Source: Auanema rhodensis (lineage: Eukaryota; Animalia; Nematoda). Taken from it: a stretch of DNA of 64,000 nucleotides. Numbering within the stretch: the first letter of the stretch is position 1; each line of letters starts with the position of its first letter. A program made the translations under genes and the position numbers. The stretch is from assembly GCA_964057225.1 (NCBI GenBank), contig OZ059896.1:6076001-6140000 (forward strand). The letters are read 5' to 3'. Positions 38,201 to 54,500 of the stretch are shown here, piece by piece. The notes beneath the pieces are model-generated. The model was not told the DNA's origin, made no database searches, and saw only the letters and a list, made by a program, of their open reading frames with translations.

Positions 38201-40827
38201 TAAATATACACGTGATGTGCACTTGGTATGTAACTCGCTTCACGTGAAAGATAAAGAGATGCGGTTTTCAAAATTAGATTCCCCATGTCCATATTAGTCT
38301 AAAAACAAATTTTTATTGATATTGGTGCATGGTAACCATGACTTTGAAATTTACGTGAACTTTAATTTATGCTAATTAATTGTACACTTGATGTGCACTT
38401 GGTATGTAACTCGCTTCACGTGAAAGATAAAGAGATGCGGTTTTTAAAATTAGATTCCCCATTTCCATATTAGTCTAAAAACAAATTTTTATTGATATTG
38501 GTGCATGGTAACCATGACTTTGAAATTTACGTGAACTTTAATTTATGCTAATTAAATGTACATGTGATGTGCACCTGGTATGTAACTCGCTTCACGTGAA
38601 AGACAAAGAGATGCGGTTTTCAAAATTAGATTCCCCATGTCCATATTAGTCTAAAAACGAATTTTTATTGATATTGGTGCATGGTAACCATGACTTTGAA
38701 ATTTACGTGAACTTTAATTTATGCTAATTAAATGTACACTTGATGTGCACTTGGTATGTAACTCGCTTCACGTGAAAGATTAAAAGATGCGGTTTTCAAA
38801 ATTAGATTCCCCATGTCCATATTAGTCTAAAAACAAATTTTTATTGATATTGGTGCATGGTAACCATGACTTTGAAATTTACGTGAACTTTAATTTATGC
38901 TAATTAAATGTACATGTGATGTGCACCTGGTATGTAACTCGCTTCACGTGAAAGATAAAAAGATGCGGTTTTCAAAATTAGATTCCCCATGTCCATATTA
39001 GTCTAAAAACAAATTTTTATTCATATTGGTGCATGGTAACCATGACTTTGAAATTTACGTGAACTTTAATTTATGCTAATTAAATGTACACGTGATGTGC
39101 CCTTGGTATGTAACTCGCTTCACGTGAAAGATAAAGAGATGCGGTATTCAAAATTAGATTCACCATGTCCATATTAGTCTAAAAACAAATTTTTATTGAT
39201 ATTGGTTCATGGTAACCATGACTTTGAAATTTACGTGAACTTTAATTTATGCTAATTAAATGTACACGTGATGTGCACTTGGTATGTAACTCGCTTCACG
39301 TGAAAGATAAAGAGATGCGGTATTCAAAATTAGATTCACCATGTCCATATTAGTCTAAAAACAAATTTTTATTGATATTGGTTCATGGTAACCATGACTT
39401 TGAAATTTACGTGAACTTTAATTTATGCTAATTAAATGTACACGTGATGTGCACTTGGTATGTAACTCGCTTCACGTGAAAGATAAAGAGATGCTGTTTT
39501 TAAAATTAGATTCCCCATGTCCATATTAGTCTAAAAACAAATTTTTATTCATATTGGTGCATGGTAACCATGACTTTGAAATTTACGTGAACTTTAATTT
39601 ATGCTAATTAAATATAAACGTGATGTGCACTTGGTATGTAACTCGCTTCACGTGGAAAATAAAGAGATGCGGTTTTCAAAATTAGATTCCCCATGTCCAT
39701 ATTAGTCTAAAAACAAATTTTTATTGATATTGGTGCATGGTAACCATGACTTTGAAATTTACGTGAACTTTAATTTATGCTAATTAAATGTACATGTGAT
39801 GTGCACCTGGTATGTAACTCGCTTCACGTGAAAGATAAAAAGATGCGGTTTTCAAAATTAGATTCCCCATGTCCATATTAGACTAAAAACAAATTTTTAT
39901 TGATATTGGTGCATGGTAACCATGACTTTGAAATTTACGTGAACTTTAATTTATGCTAATTAAATGTACACGTGATGTGCACTCGGTATGTAACTCGCTT
40001 CACGTGAAAGATAAAGAGATGCGGTTTTCAAAATTAGATTCCCCATGTCCATATTAGTCTAAAAACAAAATTTTATTGATATTGGTTCATGGTAACCATG
40101 ACTTTGAAATTTACGTGTACTTTAATTTATGCTAATTAAATGTACACGTGATGTGCACTTGGTATGTAACTCGCTTCACGTGAAAGATAAAGAGATGCGG
40201 TTTTCAAAATTAGATTCCCCATGTCCATATTAGTCTAAAAACAAATTTTTATTGATATTGGTGCATGGTAACCAAGACTTTGAAATTTACGTGAACTTTA
40301 ATTTATGCTAATTAAATGTACACGTGATGTGCACTTGGTATGTAACTCGCTTCACGTGAAAGATAAAGAGATGCGGTTTTCAAAATTAGATTCCCCATGT
40401 CCATATTAGTCTAAAAACAAATTTTTATTGATATTGGTGCATGGTAACCATGACTTTGAAATTTACGTGAACTTTAATTTATGCTAATTAAATGTACACG
40501 TGATGTGCACTTGGTATGTAACTCGCTTCACGTGAAAGATAAAGAGATGCGGTTTTCAAAATTAGATTCCCCATGTCCATATTAGTCGAAAAACAAATTT
40601 TTATTCATATTGGTGCTTGGTAACCATGACTTTGAAATTTACGTGAACTTTAATTTATGCTAATTAAATATAAACGTGATGTGCACTTGGTATGTAACTC
40701 GCTTCACGTGGAAAATAAAGAGATGCGGTTTTCAAAATTAGATTCCCCATTTCCATATTAGTCTAAAAACAAATTTTTATTGATATTGGTGCATGGTAAC
40801 CATGACTTTGAAATTTACGTGAACTTT

Positions 40828-43115
40828 AATTTATGCTAATTAAATGTACACGTGATGTGCACTTTGTATGTAACTCGCTTCACGTGAAAGATAAAGAGAT
40901 GCGGTTTTCAAAATTAGATTCCCCATGTCCATATTAGTCTAAAAACAAATTTTTATTGATATTGGTGCATGGTAACCATGACTTTGAAATTTACGTGAAC
41001 TTTAATTTATGCTAATTAAATGTACACGTGATGTGCACTTTGTATGTAACTCGCTTCACGTGAAAGATAAAGAGATGCGGTTTTCAAAATTAGATTCCCC
41101 ATGTCCATATTAGTCTAAAAACAAATTTTTATTGATATTGGTGCATGGTAACCATGACTTTGAAATTTACGTGAACTTTAATTTATGCTAATTAAATGTA
41201 CACGTGATGTGCACTTTGTATGTAACTCGCTTCACGTGAAAGATAAAGAGATGCGGTTTTCAAAATTAGATTCCCCATGTCCATATTAGTCTAAAAACAA
41301 ATTTTTATTGATATTGGTGCATGGTAACCATGACTTTGAAATTTACGTGAACTTTAATTTATGCTAATTAAATGTACACGTGATGTGCCCTTGGTATGTA
41401 ACTCGCTTCACGTGAAAGATAAAGAGATGCGGTTTTCAAAATTAGATTCCCCATGTCCATATTAGTCTAAAAACAAATTTTTATTGATATTGGTGCATGG
41501 TAACCATGACTTTGAAATTTACGTGAACTTTAATTTATGCTAATTAAATGTACACGTGATGTGCACTTTGTATGTAACTCGCTTCACGTGAAAGATAAAG
41601 AGATGCGGTTTTCAAAATTAGATTCCCCATGTCCATATTAGTCTAAAAACAAATTTTTATTGATATTGGTGCATGGTAACCATGACTTTGAAATTTACGT
41701 GAACTTTAATTTATGCTAATTAAATGTACACGTGATGTGCACTTTGTATGTAACTCGCTTCACGTGAAAGATAAAGAGATGCGGTTTTCAAAATTAGATT
41801 CCCCATGTCCATATTAGTCTAAAAACAAATTTTTATTGATATTGGTGCATGGTAACCATGACTTTGAAATTTACGTGAACTTTAATTTATGCTAATTAAA
41901 TGTACACGTGATGTGCACTTTGTATGTAACTCGCTTCACGTGAAAGATAAAGAGACGCGGTTTTCAAAATTAGATTCCCCATGTCCATATTAGTCTAAAA
42001 ACAAATTTTTATTGATATTGGTGCATGGTAACCATGACTTTGAAATTTACGTGAACTTTAATTTATGCTAATTAAATGTACACGTGATGTGCCCTTGGTA
42101 TGTAACTCGCTTCACGTGAAAGATAAAGAGATGCGGTTTTCAAAATTAGATTCCCCATGTCCATATTAGTCTAAAAACAAATTTTTATTGATATTGGTGC
42201 ATGGTAACCATGACTTTGAAATTTACGTGAACTTTAATTTATGCTAATTAAATGTACACGTGATGTGCACTTTGTATGTAACTCGCTTCACGTGAAAGAT
42301 AAAGAGATGCGGTTTTCAAAATTAGATTCCCCATTTCCATATTAGTCTAAAAACAAATTTTTATTGATATTGGTGCATGGTAACCATGACTTTGAAATTT
42401 ACGTGAACTTTAATTTATGCTAATTAAATGTACACGTGATGTGCACTTTGTATGTAACTCGCTTCACGTGAAAGATAAAGAGATGCGGTTTTCAAAATTA
42501 GATTCCCCATGTCCATATTAGTCTAAAAACAAATTTTTATTGATATTGGTGCATGGTAACCATGACTTTGAAATTTACGTGAACTTTAATTTATGCTAAT
42601 TAAATGTACACGTGATGTGCCCTTGGTATGTAACTCGCTTCACGTGGAAAATAAAGAGATGCGGTTTTCAAAATTAGATTCCCCATTTCCATATTAGTCT
42701 AAAAACAAATTTTTATTGATATTGGTGCATGGTAACCATGACTTTGAAATTTACGTGAACTTTAATTTATGCTAATTAAATGTACACGTGATGTGCACTT
42801 TGTATGTAACTCGCTTTACGTGAAAGATAAAGAGATGCGGTTTTCAAAATTAGATTCCCCATGTCCATATTAGTCTAAAAACAAATTTTTATTGATATTG
42901 GTGCATGGTAACCATGACTTTGAAATTTACGTGAACTTTAATTTATGCTAATTAAATGTACACGTGATGTGCACTTTGTATGTAACTCGCTTCACGTGAA
43001 AGATAAAGAGATGCGGTTTTCAAAATTAGATTCCCCATGTCCATATTAGTCTAAAAACAAATTTTTATTGATATTGGTGCATGGTAACCATGACTTTGAA
43101 ATTTACGTGAACTTT
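40828..43115 (+). repeat. Highly homogeneous domain dominated by the GCACTTTGT monomer, with a local 4-mer period
   Basis: About ten CTTTGT monomers are punctuated by GCCCTTGG monomers at 41389, 42093 (+704) and ~42621. Confidence 0.85.
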
Positions 43116-45403
43116 AATTTATGCTAATTAAATGTACACGTGATGTGCACTTGGTATGTAACTCGCTTCACGTGAAAGATAAAGAGATGCTGTTTTTAAA
43201 ATTAGATTCCCCATGTCCATATTAGTCTCAAAACAAATTTTTATTCATATTGGTGCATGGTAACCATGACTTTGAAATTTACGTGAACTTTAATTTATGC
43301 TAATTAAATGTACACGTGATATGCCCTTGGTATGTAACTCGCTTTACGTGAAAGATAAAGAGATGCGGTTTTTAAAATTAGATTCCCCATGTCCATATTA
43401 GTCTAAAAACAAATTTTTATTGATATTGGTGCATGGTAACCATGAGTTTGAAATTTACGTGAACTTTAATTTATGCTAATTAAATGTACACGTGATGTGC
43501 ACTTGGTATGTAACTCGCTTCACGTGAAAGATAAAGAGATGCGGTTCTCAAAATTAAATTCCCCATGTCCATATTAGTCTAAAAACAAATTTTTATTCAT
43601 ATTGGTGCATGGTAACCATGACTTTGAAATTTACGTGAACTTTAATTTATGCTAATTAAATGTACACGTGATGTGCACTTGGTATGTAACTCGCTTCACG
43701 TGAAAGATAAAAAGATGCGGTTCTCAAAATTAGATTCCCCATATCCATATTAGTCTAAAAACAAATTTTTATTGATATTGGTGCATGGTAACCATGACTT
43801 TGAAATTTACGTGAACTTTAATTTATGCTAATTAAATGTACATGTGATGTGCACCTGGTATGTAACTCGCTTCACGTGAAAGATAAAAAGATGCGGTTTT
43901 CAAAATTAGATTCCCCATGTCCATATTAGTCTAAAAACAAATTTTTATTCATATTGGTGCATGGTAACCATGACTTTGAAATTTACGTGAACTTTAATTT
44001 ATGCTAATTAAATGTACACGTGATGTGCCCTTGGTATGTAACTCGCTTCACGTGAAAGATAAAGAGATGCGGTATTCAAAATTAGATTCCCCATGTCCAT
44101 ATTAGTCTAAAAACAAATTTTTATTGATATTGGTGCATGGTAACCATGACTTTGAAATTTACGTGAACTTTAATTTATGCTAATTAAATGTACATGTGAT
44201 GTGCACCTGGTATGTAACTCGCTTCACGTGAAAGATAAAAAGATGCGGTTTTCAAAATTAGATTCCCCATGTCCATATTAGTCTAAAAACAAATTTTTAT
44301 TGATATTGGTTCATGGTAACCATGACTTTGAAATTTACGTGAACTTTAATTTATGCTAATTAAATGTACACTTGATGTGCACTTGATATGTAACTCGCTT
44401 CACGTGAAAGATAAAGAGATGCGGTTTTTAAAATTGGATTCCCCATGTCCATATTAGTCTAAAAACAAATTTTTATTGATATTGGTTCATGGTAACCATG
44501 ACTTTGAATTTTACGTGAACTTTAATTTATGCTAATTAAATGTACATGTGATGTGCACCTGGTATATAACTCGCTTCACGTGAAAGATAAAAAGATGCGG
44601 TTTTCAAAATTAGATTCCCCATGTCCATATTAGTCTAAAAACAAATTTTTATTCATATTGGTGCATGGTAACCATGACTTTGAAATTTACGTGAACTTTA
44701 ATTTATGCTAATTAAATGTACATGTGATGTGCACCTGGTATGTAACTCGCTTCACGTGCAAGATAAAAAGATGCGGTTTTCAAAATTAGATTCCCCATGT
44801 CCATATTAGTCTAAAAACAAATTTTTATTGATATTGGTTCATGGTAACCATGACTTTGAATTTTACGTGAACTTTAATTTATGCTAATTAAATGTACATG
44901 TGATGTGCACCTGGTATGTAACTCGCTTCACGTGAAAGATAAAGAGATGCGGTTTTCAAAATTAGATTCCCCATGTCCATATTAGTCTAAAAACAAATTT
45001 TTATTGATATTGGTTCATGGTAACCATGACTTTGAATTTTACGTGAACTTTAATTTATGCTAATTAAATGTACATGTGATGTGCACCTGGTATGTAACTC
45101 GCTTCACGTGAAAGATAAAAAGATGCGGTTTTCAAAATTAGATTCCCCATGTCCATATTAGTCTAAAAACAAATTTTTATTCATATTGGTGCATGGTAAC
45201 CATGACTTTGAAATTTACGTGAACTTTAATTTATGCTAATTAAATGTACACGTGATGTGCCCTTGGTATGTAACTCGCTTCACGTGAAAGATAAAGAGAT
45301 GCGGTATTCAAAATTAGATTCACCATTTCCATATTAGTCTAAAAACAAATTTTTATTGATATTGGTGCATGGTAACCATGACTTTGAAATTTACGTGAAC
45401 TTT

Positions 45404-48400
45404 AATTTATGCTAATTAAATGTACATGTGATGTGCACCTGGTATGTAACTCGCTTCACGTGAAAGATAAAGAGATGCGGTATTCAAAATTAGATTCCCC
45501 ATGTCCATATTAGTCTAAAAACAAATTTTTATTGATATTGGTGCATGGTAACCATGACTTTGAAATTTACGTGAACTTTAATTTATGCTAATTAAATGTA
45601 CACTTGATGTGCACTTGATATGTAACTCGCTTCACGTGAAAGATAAAAAGATGCGGTTTTCAAAATTAGATTCCCCATTTCCATATTAGTCTAAAAACAA
45701 ATTTTTATTGATATTGGTTCATGGTAACCATGACTTTGAAATTTACGTGAACTTTAATTTATGCTAATTAAATATACACGTGATGTGCACTTGGTATGTA
45801 ACTCGCTTCACGTGAAAGATAAAGAGATGCGGTTTTCAAAATTAGATTCCCCATGTCCATATTAGTCTAAAAACAAATTTTTATTGATATAGGTGCATGG
45901 TAACCATGACTTTGAAATTTACGTGAACTTTAATTTATGCTAATTAAATGTACACTTGATGTGCACTTGGTATGTAACTCGCTTCACGTGAAAGACAAAG
46001 AGATGCGGTTTTCAAAATTAGATTCCCCATGTCCATATTAGTCTAAAAACGAATTTTTATTGATATTGGTGCATGGTAACCATGACTTTGAAATTTACGT
46101 GAACTTTAATTTATGCTAATTAAATGTACACTTGATGTGCACTTGGTATGTAACTCGCTTCACGTGAAAGATTAAAAGATGCGGTTTTCAAAATTAGATT
46201 CCCCATGTCCATATTAGTCTAAAAACAAATTTTTATTCATATTGGTGCATGGTAACCATGACTTTGAAATTTACGTGAACTTTAATTTATGCTAATTAAA
46301 TGTACATGTGATGTGCACCTGGTATGTAACTCGCTTCACGTGAAAGATAAAGAGATGCGGTATTCAAAATTAGATTCCCCATGTCCATATTAGTCTAAAA
46401 ACAAATTTTTATTGATATTGGTGCATGGTAACCATGACTTTGAAATTTACGTGAACTTTAATTTATGCTAATTAAATGTACACTTGATGTGCACTTGATA
46501 TGTAACTCGCTTCACGTGAAAGATAAAAAGATGCGGTTTTCAAAATTAGATTCCCCATTTCCATATTAGTCTAAAAACAAATTTTTATTGATATTGGTTC
46601 ATGGTAACCATGACTTTGAAATTTACGTGAACTTTAATTTATGCTAATTAAATATACACGTGATGTGCACTTGGTATGTAACTCGCTTCACGTGAAAGAT
46701 AAAGAGATGCGGTTTTCAAAATTAGATTCCCCATGTCCATATTAGTCTAAAAACAAATTTTTATTGATATAGGTGCATGGTAACCATGACTTTGAAATTT
46801 ACGTGAACTTTAATTTATGCTAATTAAATGTACACTTGATGTGCACTTGGTATGTAACTCGCTTCACGTGAAAGACAAAGAGATGCGGTTTTCAAAATTA
46901 GATTCCCCATGTCCATATTAGTCTAAAAACGAATTTTTATTGATATTGGTGCATGGTAACCATGACTTTGAAATTTACGTGAACTTTAATTTATGCTAAT
47001 TAAATGTACACTTGATGTGCACTTGGTATGTAACTCGCTTCACGTGAAAGATTAAAAGATGCGGTTTTCAAAATTAGATTCCCCATGTCCATATTAGTCT
47101 AAAAACAAATTTTTATTCATATTGGTGCATGGTAACCATGACTTTGAAATTTACGTGAACTTTAATTTATGCTAATTAAATGTACACGTGATGTGCCCTT
47201 GGTATGTAACTCGCTTCACGTGAAAGATAAAGAGATGCGGTATTCAAAATTAGATTCACCATGTCCATATTAGTCTAAAAACAAATTTTTATTGATATTG
47301 GTGCATGGTAACCATGACTTTGAAATTTACGTGAACTTTAATTTATGCTAATTAAATGTACACTTGATGTGCACTTGATATGTAACTCGCTTCACGTGAA
47401 AGATAAAAAGATGCGGTTTTCAAAATTAGATTCCCCATGTCCATATTAGTCTAAAAACAAATTTTTATTGATATTGGTTCATGGTAACCATGACTTTGAA
47501 ATTTACGTGAACTTTAATTTATGCTAATTAAATGTACACTTGATGTGCACTTGATATGTAACTCGCTTCACGTGAAAGATAAAAAGATGCGGTTTTCAAA
47601 ATTAGATTCCCCATTTCCATATTAGTCTAAAAACAAATTTTTATTGATATTGGTGCATGGTAACCATGACTTTGAAATTTACGTGAACTTTAATTTATGC
47701 TAATTAAATGTACACTTGATGTGCACTTGATATGTAACTCGCTTCACGTGAAAGATAAAAAGATGCGGTTTTCAAAATTAGATTCCCCATTTCCATATTA
47801 GTCTAAAAACAAATTTTTATTGATATTGGTTCATGGTAACCATGACTTTGAAATTTACGTGAACTTTAATTTATGCTAATTAAATATACACGTGATGTGC
47901 ACTTGGTATGTAACTCGCTTCACGTGAAAGATAAAGAGATGCGGTTTTCAAAATTAGATTCCCCATGTCCATATTAGTCTAAAAACAAATTTTTATTGAT
48001 ATAGGTGCATGGTAACCATGACTTTGAAATTTACGTGAACTTTAATTTATGCTAATTAAATGTACACTTGATGTGCACTTGGTATGTAACTCGCTTCACG
48101 TGAAAGACAAAGAGATGCGGTTTTCAAAATTAGATTCCCCATGTCCATATTAGTCTAAAAACGAATTTTTATTGATATTGGTGCATGGTAACCATGACTT
48201 TGAAATTTACGTGAACTTTAATTTATGCTAATTAAATGTACACTTGATGTGCACTTGGTATGTAACTCGCTTCACGTGAAAGATTAAAAGATGCGGTTTT
48301 CAAAATTAGATTCCCCATGTCCATATTAGTCTAAAAACAAATTTTTATTCATATTGGTGCATGGTAACCATGACTTTGAAATTTACGTGAACTTTAATTT

Positions 48401-48410
48401 ATGCTAATTA
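45404..48410 (+). repeat. Recurrent ~5-monomer unit (880 bp), three related copies
   Basis: The ATAGG variant occurs at 45891, 46771 (+880) and 48003 (+1232), each followed by GACAAAG/AAACGA and GATTAAAA monomers. Confidence 0.82.
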
Positions 48411-48571
48411 AATGTACACGTGATGTGCCCTTGGTATGTAACTCGCTTCACGTGAAAGATAAAGAGATGCGGTATTCAAAATTAGATTCACCATGTCCAT
48501 ATTAGTCTAAAAACAAATTTTTATTGATATTGGTGCATGGTAACCATGACTTTGAAATTTACGTGAACTTT

Positions 48572-51563
48572 AATTTATGCTAATTAAATGTACATGTGAT
48601 GTGCACCTGGTATGTAACTCGCTTCACGTGAAAGATAAAGAGATGCGGTATTCAAAATTAGATTCCCCATGTCCATATTAGTCTAAAAACAAATTTTTAT
48701 TGATATTGGTGCATGGTAACCATGACTTTGAAATTTACGTGAACTTTAATTTATGCTAATTAAATGTACACTTGATGTGCACTTGGTATGTAACTCGCTT
48801 CACGTGAAAGATTAAAAGATGCGGTTTTCAAAATTAGATTCCCCATGTCCATATTAGTCTAAAAACAAATTTTTATTGATATTGGTTCATGGTAACCATG
48901 ACTTTGAAATTTACGTGAACTTTAATTTATGCTAATTAAATGTACACTTGATGTGCACTTGATATGTAACTCGCTTCACGTGAAAGATAAAAAGATGCGG
49001 TTTTCAAAATTAGATTCCCCATTTCCATATTAGTCTAAAAACAAATTTTTATTGATATTGGTTCATGGTAACCATGACTTTGAAATTTACGTGAACTTTA
49101 ATTTATGCTAATTAAATATACACGTGATGTGCACTTGGTATGTAACTCGCTTCACGTGAAAGATAAAGAGATGCGGTTTTCAAAATTAGATTCCCCATGT
49201 CCATATTAGTCTAAAAACAAATTTTTATTGATATTGGTGCATGGTAACCATGACTTTGAAATTTACGTGAACTTTAATTTATGCTAATTAAATGTACACT
49301 TGATGTGCACTTGGTATGTAACTCGCTTCACGTGAAAGACAAAGAGATGCGGTTTTCAAAATTAGATTCCCCATGTCCATATTAGTCTAAAAACGAATTT
49401 TTATTGATATTGGTGCATGGTAACCATGACTTTGAAATTTACGTGAACTTAAATTTATGCTAATTAAATGTACACTTGATGTGCACTTGGTATGTAACTC
49501 GCTTCACGTGAAAGATTAAAAGATGCGGTTTTCAAAATTAGATTCCCCATTTCCATATTAGTCTAAAAACAAATTTTTATTGATATTGGTGCATGGTAAC
49601 CATGACTTTGAAATTTACGTGAACTTTAATTTATGCTAATTAAATATACACGTGATGTGCCCTTGATATGTAACTCGCTTTACGTGAAAGATAAAGAGAT
49701 GCGGTTTTTAAAATTAGATTCCCCATTTCCATATTAGTCTAAAAACAAATTTTTATTGATATTGGTGCATGGTAACCATGACTTTGAAATTTACGTGAAC
49801 TTTAATTTATGCTAATTAAATGTACATGTGATGTGCACCTGGTATGTAACTCGCTTCACGTGAAAGACAAAGAGATGCGGTTTTCAAAATTAGATTCCCC
49901 ATGTCCATATTAGTCTAAAAACGAATTTTTATTGATATTGGTGCATGGTAACCATGACTTTGAAATTTACGTGAACTTTAATTTATGCTAATTAAATGTA
50001 CATGTGATGTGCACCTGGTATGTAACTCGCTTCACGTGAAAGATAAAGAGATGCGGTATTCAAAATTAGATTCCCCATGTCCATATTAGTCTAAAAACAA
50101 ATTTTTATTGATATTGGTGCATGGTAACCATGACTTTGAAATTTACGTGAACTTTAATTTATGCTAATTAAATGTACACTTGATGTGCACTTGGTATGTA
50201 ACTCGCTTCACGTGAAAGATTAAAAGATGCGGTTTTCAAAATTAGATTCCCCATGTCCATATTAGTCTAAAAACAAATTTTTATTGATATTGGTTCATGG
50301 TAACCATGACTTTGAAATTTACGTGAACTTTAATTTATGCTAATTAAATGTACACTTGATGTGCACTTGGTATGTAACTCGCTTCACGTGAAAGATTAAA
50401 AGATGCGGTTTTCAAAATTAGATTCCCCATGTCCATATTAGTCTAAAAACAAATTTTTATTGATATTGGTTCATGGTAACCATGACTTTGAAATTTACGT
50501 GAACTTTAATTTATGCTAATTAAATGTACACTTGATGTGCACTTGATATGTAACTCGCTTCACGTGAAAGATAAAAAGATGCGGTTTTCAAAATTAGATT
50601 CCCCATTTCCATATTAGTCTAAAAACAAATTTTTATTGATATTGGTTCATGGTAACCATGACTTTGAAATTTACGTGAACTTTAATTTATGCTAATTAAA
50701 TATACACGTGATGTGCACTTGGTATGTAACTCGCTTCACGTGAAAGATAAAGAGATGCGGTTTTCAAAATTAGATTCCCCATGTCCATATTAGTCTAAAA
50801 ACAAATTTTTATTGATATTGGTGCATGGTAACCATGACTTTGAAATTTACGTGAACTTTAATTTATGCTAATTAAATGTACACTTGATGTGCACTTGGTA
50901 TGTAACTCGCTTCACGTGAAAGACAAAGAGATGCGGTTTTCAAAATTAGATTCCCCATGTCCATATTAGTCTAAAAACGAATTTTTATTGATATTGGTGC
51001 ATGGTAACCATGACTTTGAAATTTACGTGAACTTAAATTTATGCTAATTAAATGTACACTTGATGTGCACTTGGTATGTAACTCGCTTCACGTGAAAGAT
51101 TAAAAGATGCGGTTTTCAAAATTAGATTCCCCATTTCCATATTAGTCTAAAAACAAATTTTTATTGATATTGGTGCATGGTAACCATGACTTTGAAATTT
51201 ACGTGAACTTTAATTTATGCTAATTAAATATACACGTGATGTGCCCTTGATATGTAACTCGCTTTACGTGAAAGATAAAGAGATGCGGTTTTTAAAATTA
51301 GATTCCCCATTTCCATATTAGTCTAAAAACAAATTTTTATTGATATTGGTGCATGGTAACCATGACTTTGAAATTTACGTGAACTTTAATTTATGCTAAT
51401 TAAATGTACATGTGATGTGCACCTGGTATGTAACTCGCTTCACGTGAAAGACAAAGAGATGCGGTTTTCAAAATTAGATTCCCCATGTCCATATTAGTCT
51501 AAAAACGAATTTTTATTGATATTGGTGCATGGTAACCATGACTTTGAAATTTACGTGAACTTT
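48572..51563 (+). repeat. Tandem duplication of an 8-monomer block whose second copy gained one monomer
   Basis: The CATGT/GGTATT monomer recurs at +1408. CTTAAATTT at 49451/51035 recurs at +1584 because the GATTAAAA monomer is doubled at ~50160 and ~50340. Confidence 0.82.
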
Positions 51564-54500
51564 AATTTATGCTAATTAAATGTACATGTGATGTGCACCT
51601 GGTATGTAACTCGCTTCACGTGAAAGACAAAGAGATGCGGTTTTCAAAATTAGATTCCCCATGTCCATATTAGTCTAAAAACGAATTTTTATTGATATTG
51701 GTGCATGGTAACCATGACTTTGAAATTTACGTGAACTTTAATTTATGCTAATTAAATGTACACTTGATGTGCACTTGGTATGTAACTCGCTTCACGTGAA
51801 AGACAAAGAGATGCGGTTTTCAAAATTAGATTCCCCATTTCCATATTAGTCTAAAAACAAATTTTTATTGATATTGGTGCATGGTAACCATGACTTTGAA
51901 ATTTACGTGAACTTTAATTTATGCTAATTAAATGTACATGTGATGTGCACCTGGTATGTAACTCGCTTCACGTGAAAGACAAAGAGATGCGGTTTTCAAA
52001 ATTAGATTCCCCATGTCCATATTAGTCTAAAAACGAATTTTTATTGATATTGGTGCATGGTAACCATGACTTTGAAATTTACGTGAACTTTAATTTATGC
52101 TAATTAAATGTACACTTGATGTGCACTTGATATGTAACTCGCTTCACGTGAAAGATAAAAAGATGCGGTTTTCAAAATTAGATTCCCCATGTCCATACTA
52201 GTCTTAAAACAAATTTTTATTGATATTGGTGCATGGTAACCATGACTTTGAAATTTACGTGAACTTTAATTTATGCTAATTAAATGTACACTTGATGTGC
52301 ACTTGATATGTAACTCGCTTCACGTGAAAGATAAAGAGATGCGGTTTTCAAAATTAGATACCCCATGTCCATATTAGTCTAAAAACAAATTTTTATTCAT
52401 ATTGGTGCATGGTAACCATGACTTTGAAATTTACGTGAACTTTAATTTATGCTAATTAAATGTACACTTGATGTGCACTTGGTATGTAACTCGCTTCACG
52501 TGAAAGACAAAGAGATGCGGTTTTCAAAATTAGATTCCCCATGTCCATATTAGTCTAAAAACGAATTTTTATTGATATTGGTGCATGGTAACCATGACTT
52601 TGAAATTTACGTGAACTTTAATTTATGCTAATTAAATATACACGTGATGTGCCCTTGGTATGTAACTCGCTTTACGTGAAAGATAAAGAGATGCGGTTTT
52701 CAAAATTAGATTCCCCATGTCCATATTAGTCTAAAAACAAATTTTTATTGATATTGGTGCATGGTAACCATGACTTTGAAATTTACGTGAACTTTAATTT
52801 ATGCTAATTAAATGTACACGTGATGTGCCCTTGGTATGTAACTCGCTTTACGTGAAAGATAAAGAGATGCGGTTTTCAAAATTAGATTCCCCATGTCCAT
52901 ATTAGTCTAAAAACAAATTTTTATTGATATTGGTGCATGGTAACCATGACTTTGAAATTTACGTGAACTTTAATTTATGCTAATTAAATGTACATGTGAT
53001 GTGCACCTGGTATGTAACTCGCTTCACGTGGAAGAAAAAAAGATGCGGTTTTCAAAATTAGATTCCCCATGTCCATATTAGTCTAAAAACAAATTTTTAT
53101 TAATATTGGTTCATGGTAACCATGACTTTGAAATTTACGTGAACTTTAATTTATGCTAATTAAATGTACACTTGATGTGCACTTGATATGTAACTCGCTT
53201 CACGTGAAAGATAAAGAGATGCGGTTTTTAAAATTGGATTCTCCATGTCCATATTAGTCTAAAAACAAATTTTTATTGATATTGGTGCATGGTAACCATG
53301 ACTTTGAAATTTACGTGAACTTTAATTTATGCTAATTAAATGTACATGTGATGTGCACCTGGTATGTAACTCGCTTCACGTGAAAGATAAAGAGATGCGG
53401 TTTTCAAAATTAGATACCCCATGTCCATATTAGTCTAAAAACAAATTTTTATTGATATTGGTGCATGGTAACCATGACTTTGAAATTTACGTGAACTTTA
53501 ATTTATGCTAATTAAATGTACACTTGATGTGCACTTGATATGTAACTCGCTTCACGTGAAAGATAAAGAGATGCGGTTTTTAAAATTGGATTCTCCATGT
53601 CCATATTAGTCTAAAAACAAATTTTTATTGATATTGGTGCATGGTAACCATGACTTTGAAATTTACGTGAACTTTAATTTATGCTAATTAAATATACACG
53701 TGATGTGCACTTGGTATGTAACTCGCTTCACGTGAAAGATAAAGAGATGCGGTTTTCAAAATTAGATACCCCATGTCCATATTAGTCTAAAAACAAATTT
53801 TTATTGATATTGGTGCATGGTAACCATGACTTTGAAATTTACGTCAACTTTTATTTATGCTAATTAAATGTACATGTGATGTGCACCTGGTATGTAACTC
53901 GCTTCACGTGAAAAATAAAGAAATGCGGTTTTTAAAATTAGATTCCCCATGTCCATATTAGTCTAAAAACAAATTTTTATTGATATTGGTGCATGGTAAC
54001 CATGACTTTGAAATTTAAGTGAACTTTAATTTATGCTAATTAAATGTACACGTGATGTGCACTTGGTATGTAACTCGCTTCACGTGAAAGATAAAGAGAT
54101 GCGGTTCTCAAAATTAGATTCCCCATGTCCATATTAGTCTAAAAACAAATTTTTATTGATATTGGTGCATGGTAACCATGACTTTGAAATTTACGTGAAC
54201 TTTAATTTATGCTAATTAAATGTACACGTGATGTGCACTTGGTATGTAACTCGCTTCACGTGAAAGATAAAGAGATGCGGTTTTCAAAATTAGATTCCCC
54301 ATGTCCATATTAGTCTAAAAACAAATTTTTATTGATATTGGTGCATGGTAACCATGACTTTGAAATTTACGTGAACTTTAATTTATGCTTATTAAATGTA
54401 CACGTGATGTGCACTTGGTATGTAACTCGCTTCACGTGAAAGATAAAGAGATGCGGTTCTCAAAATTAGATTCCCCATGTCCATATTAGTCTAAAAACAA

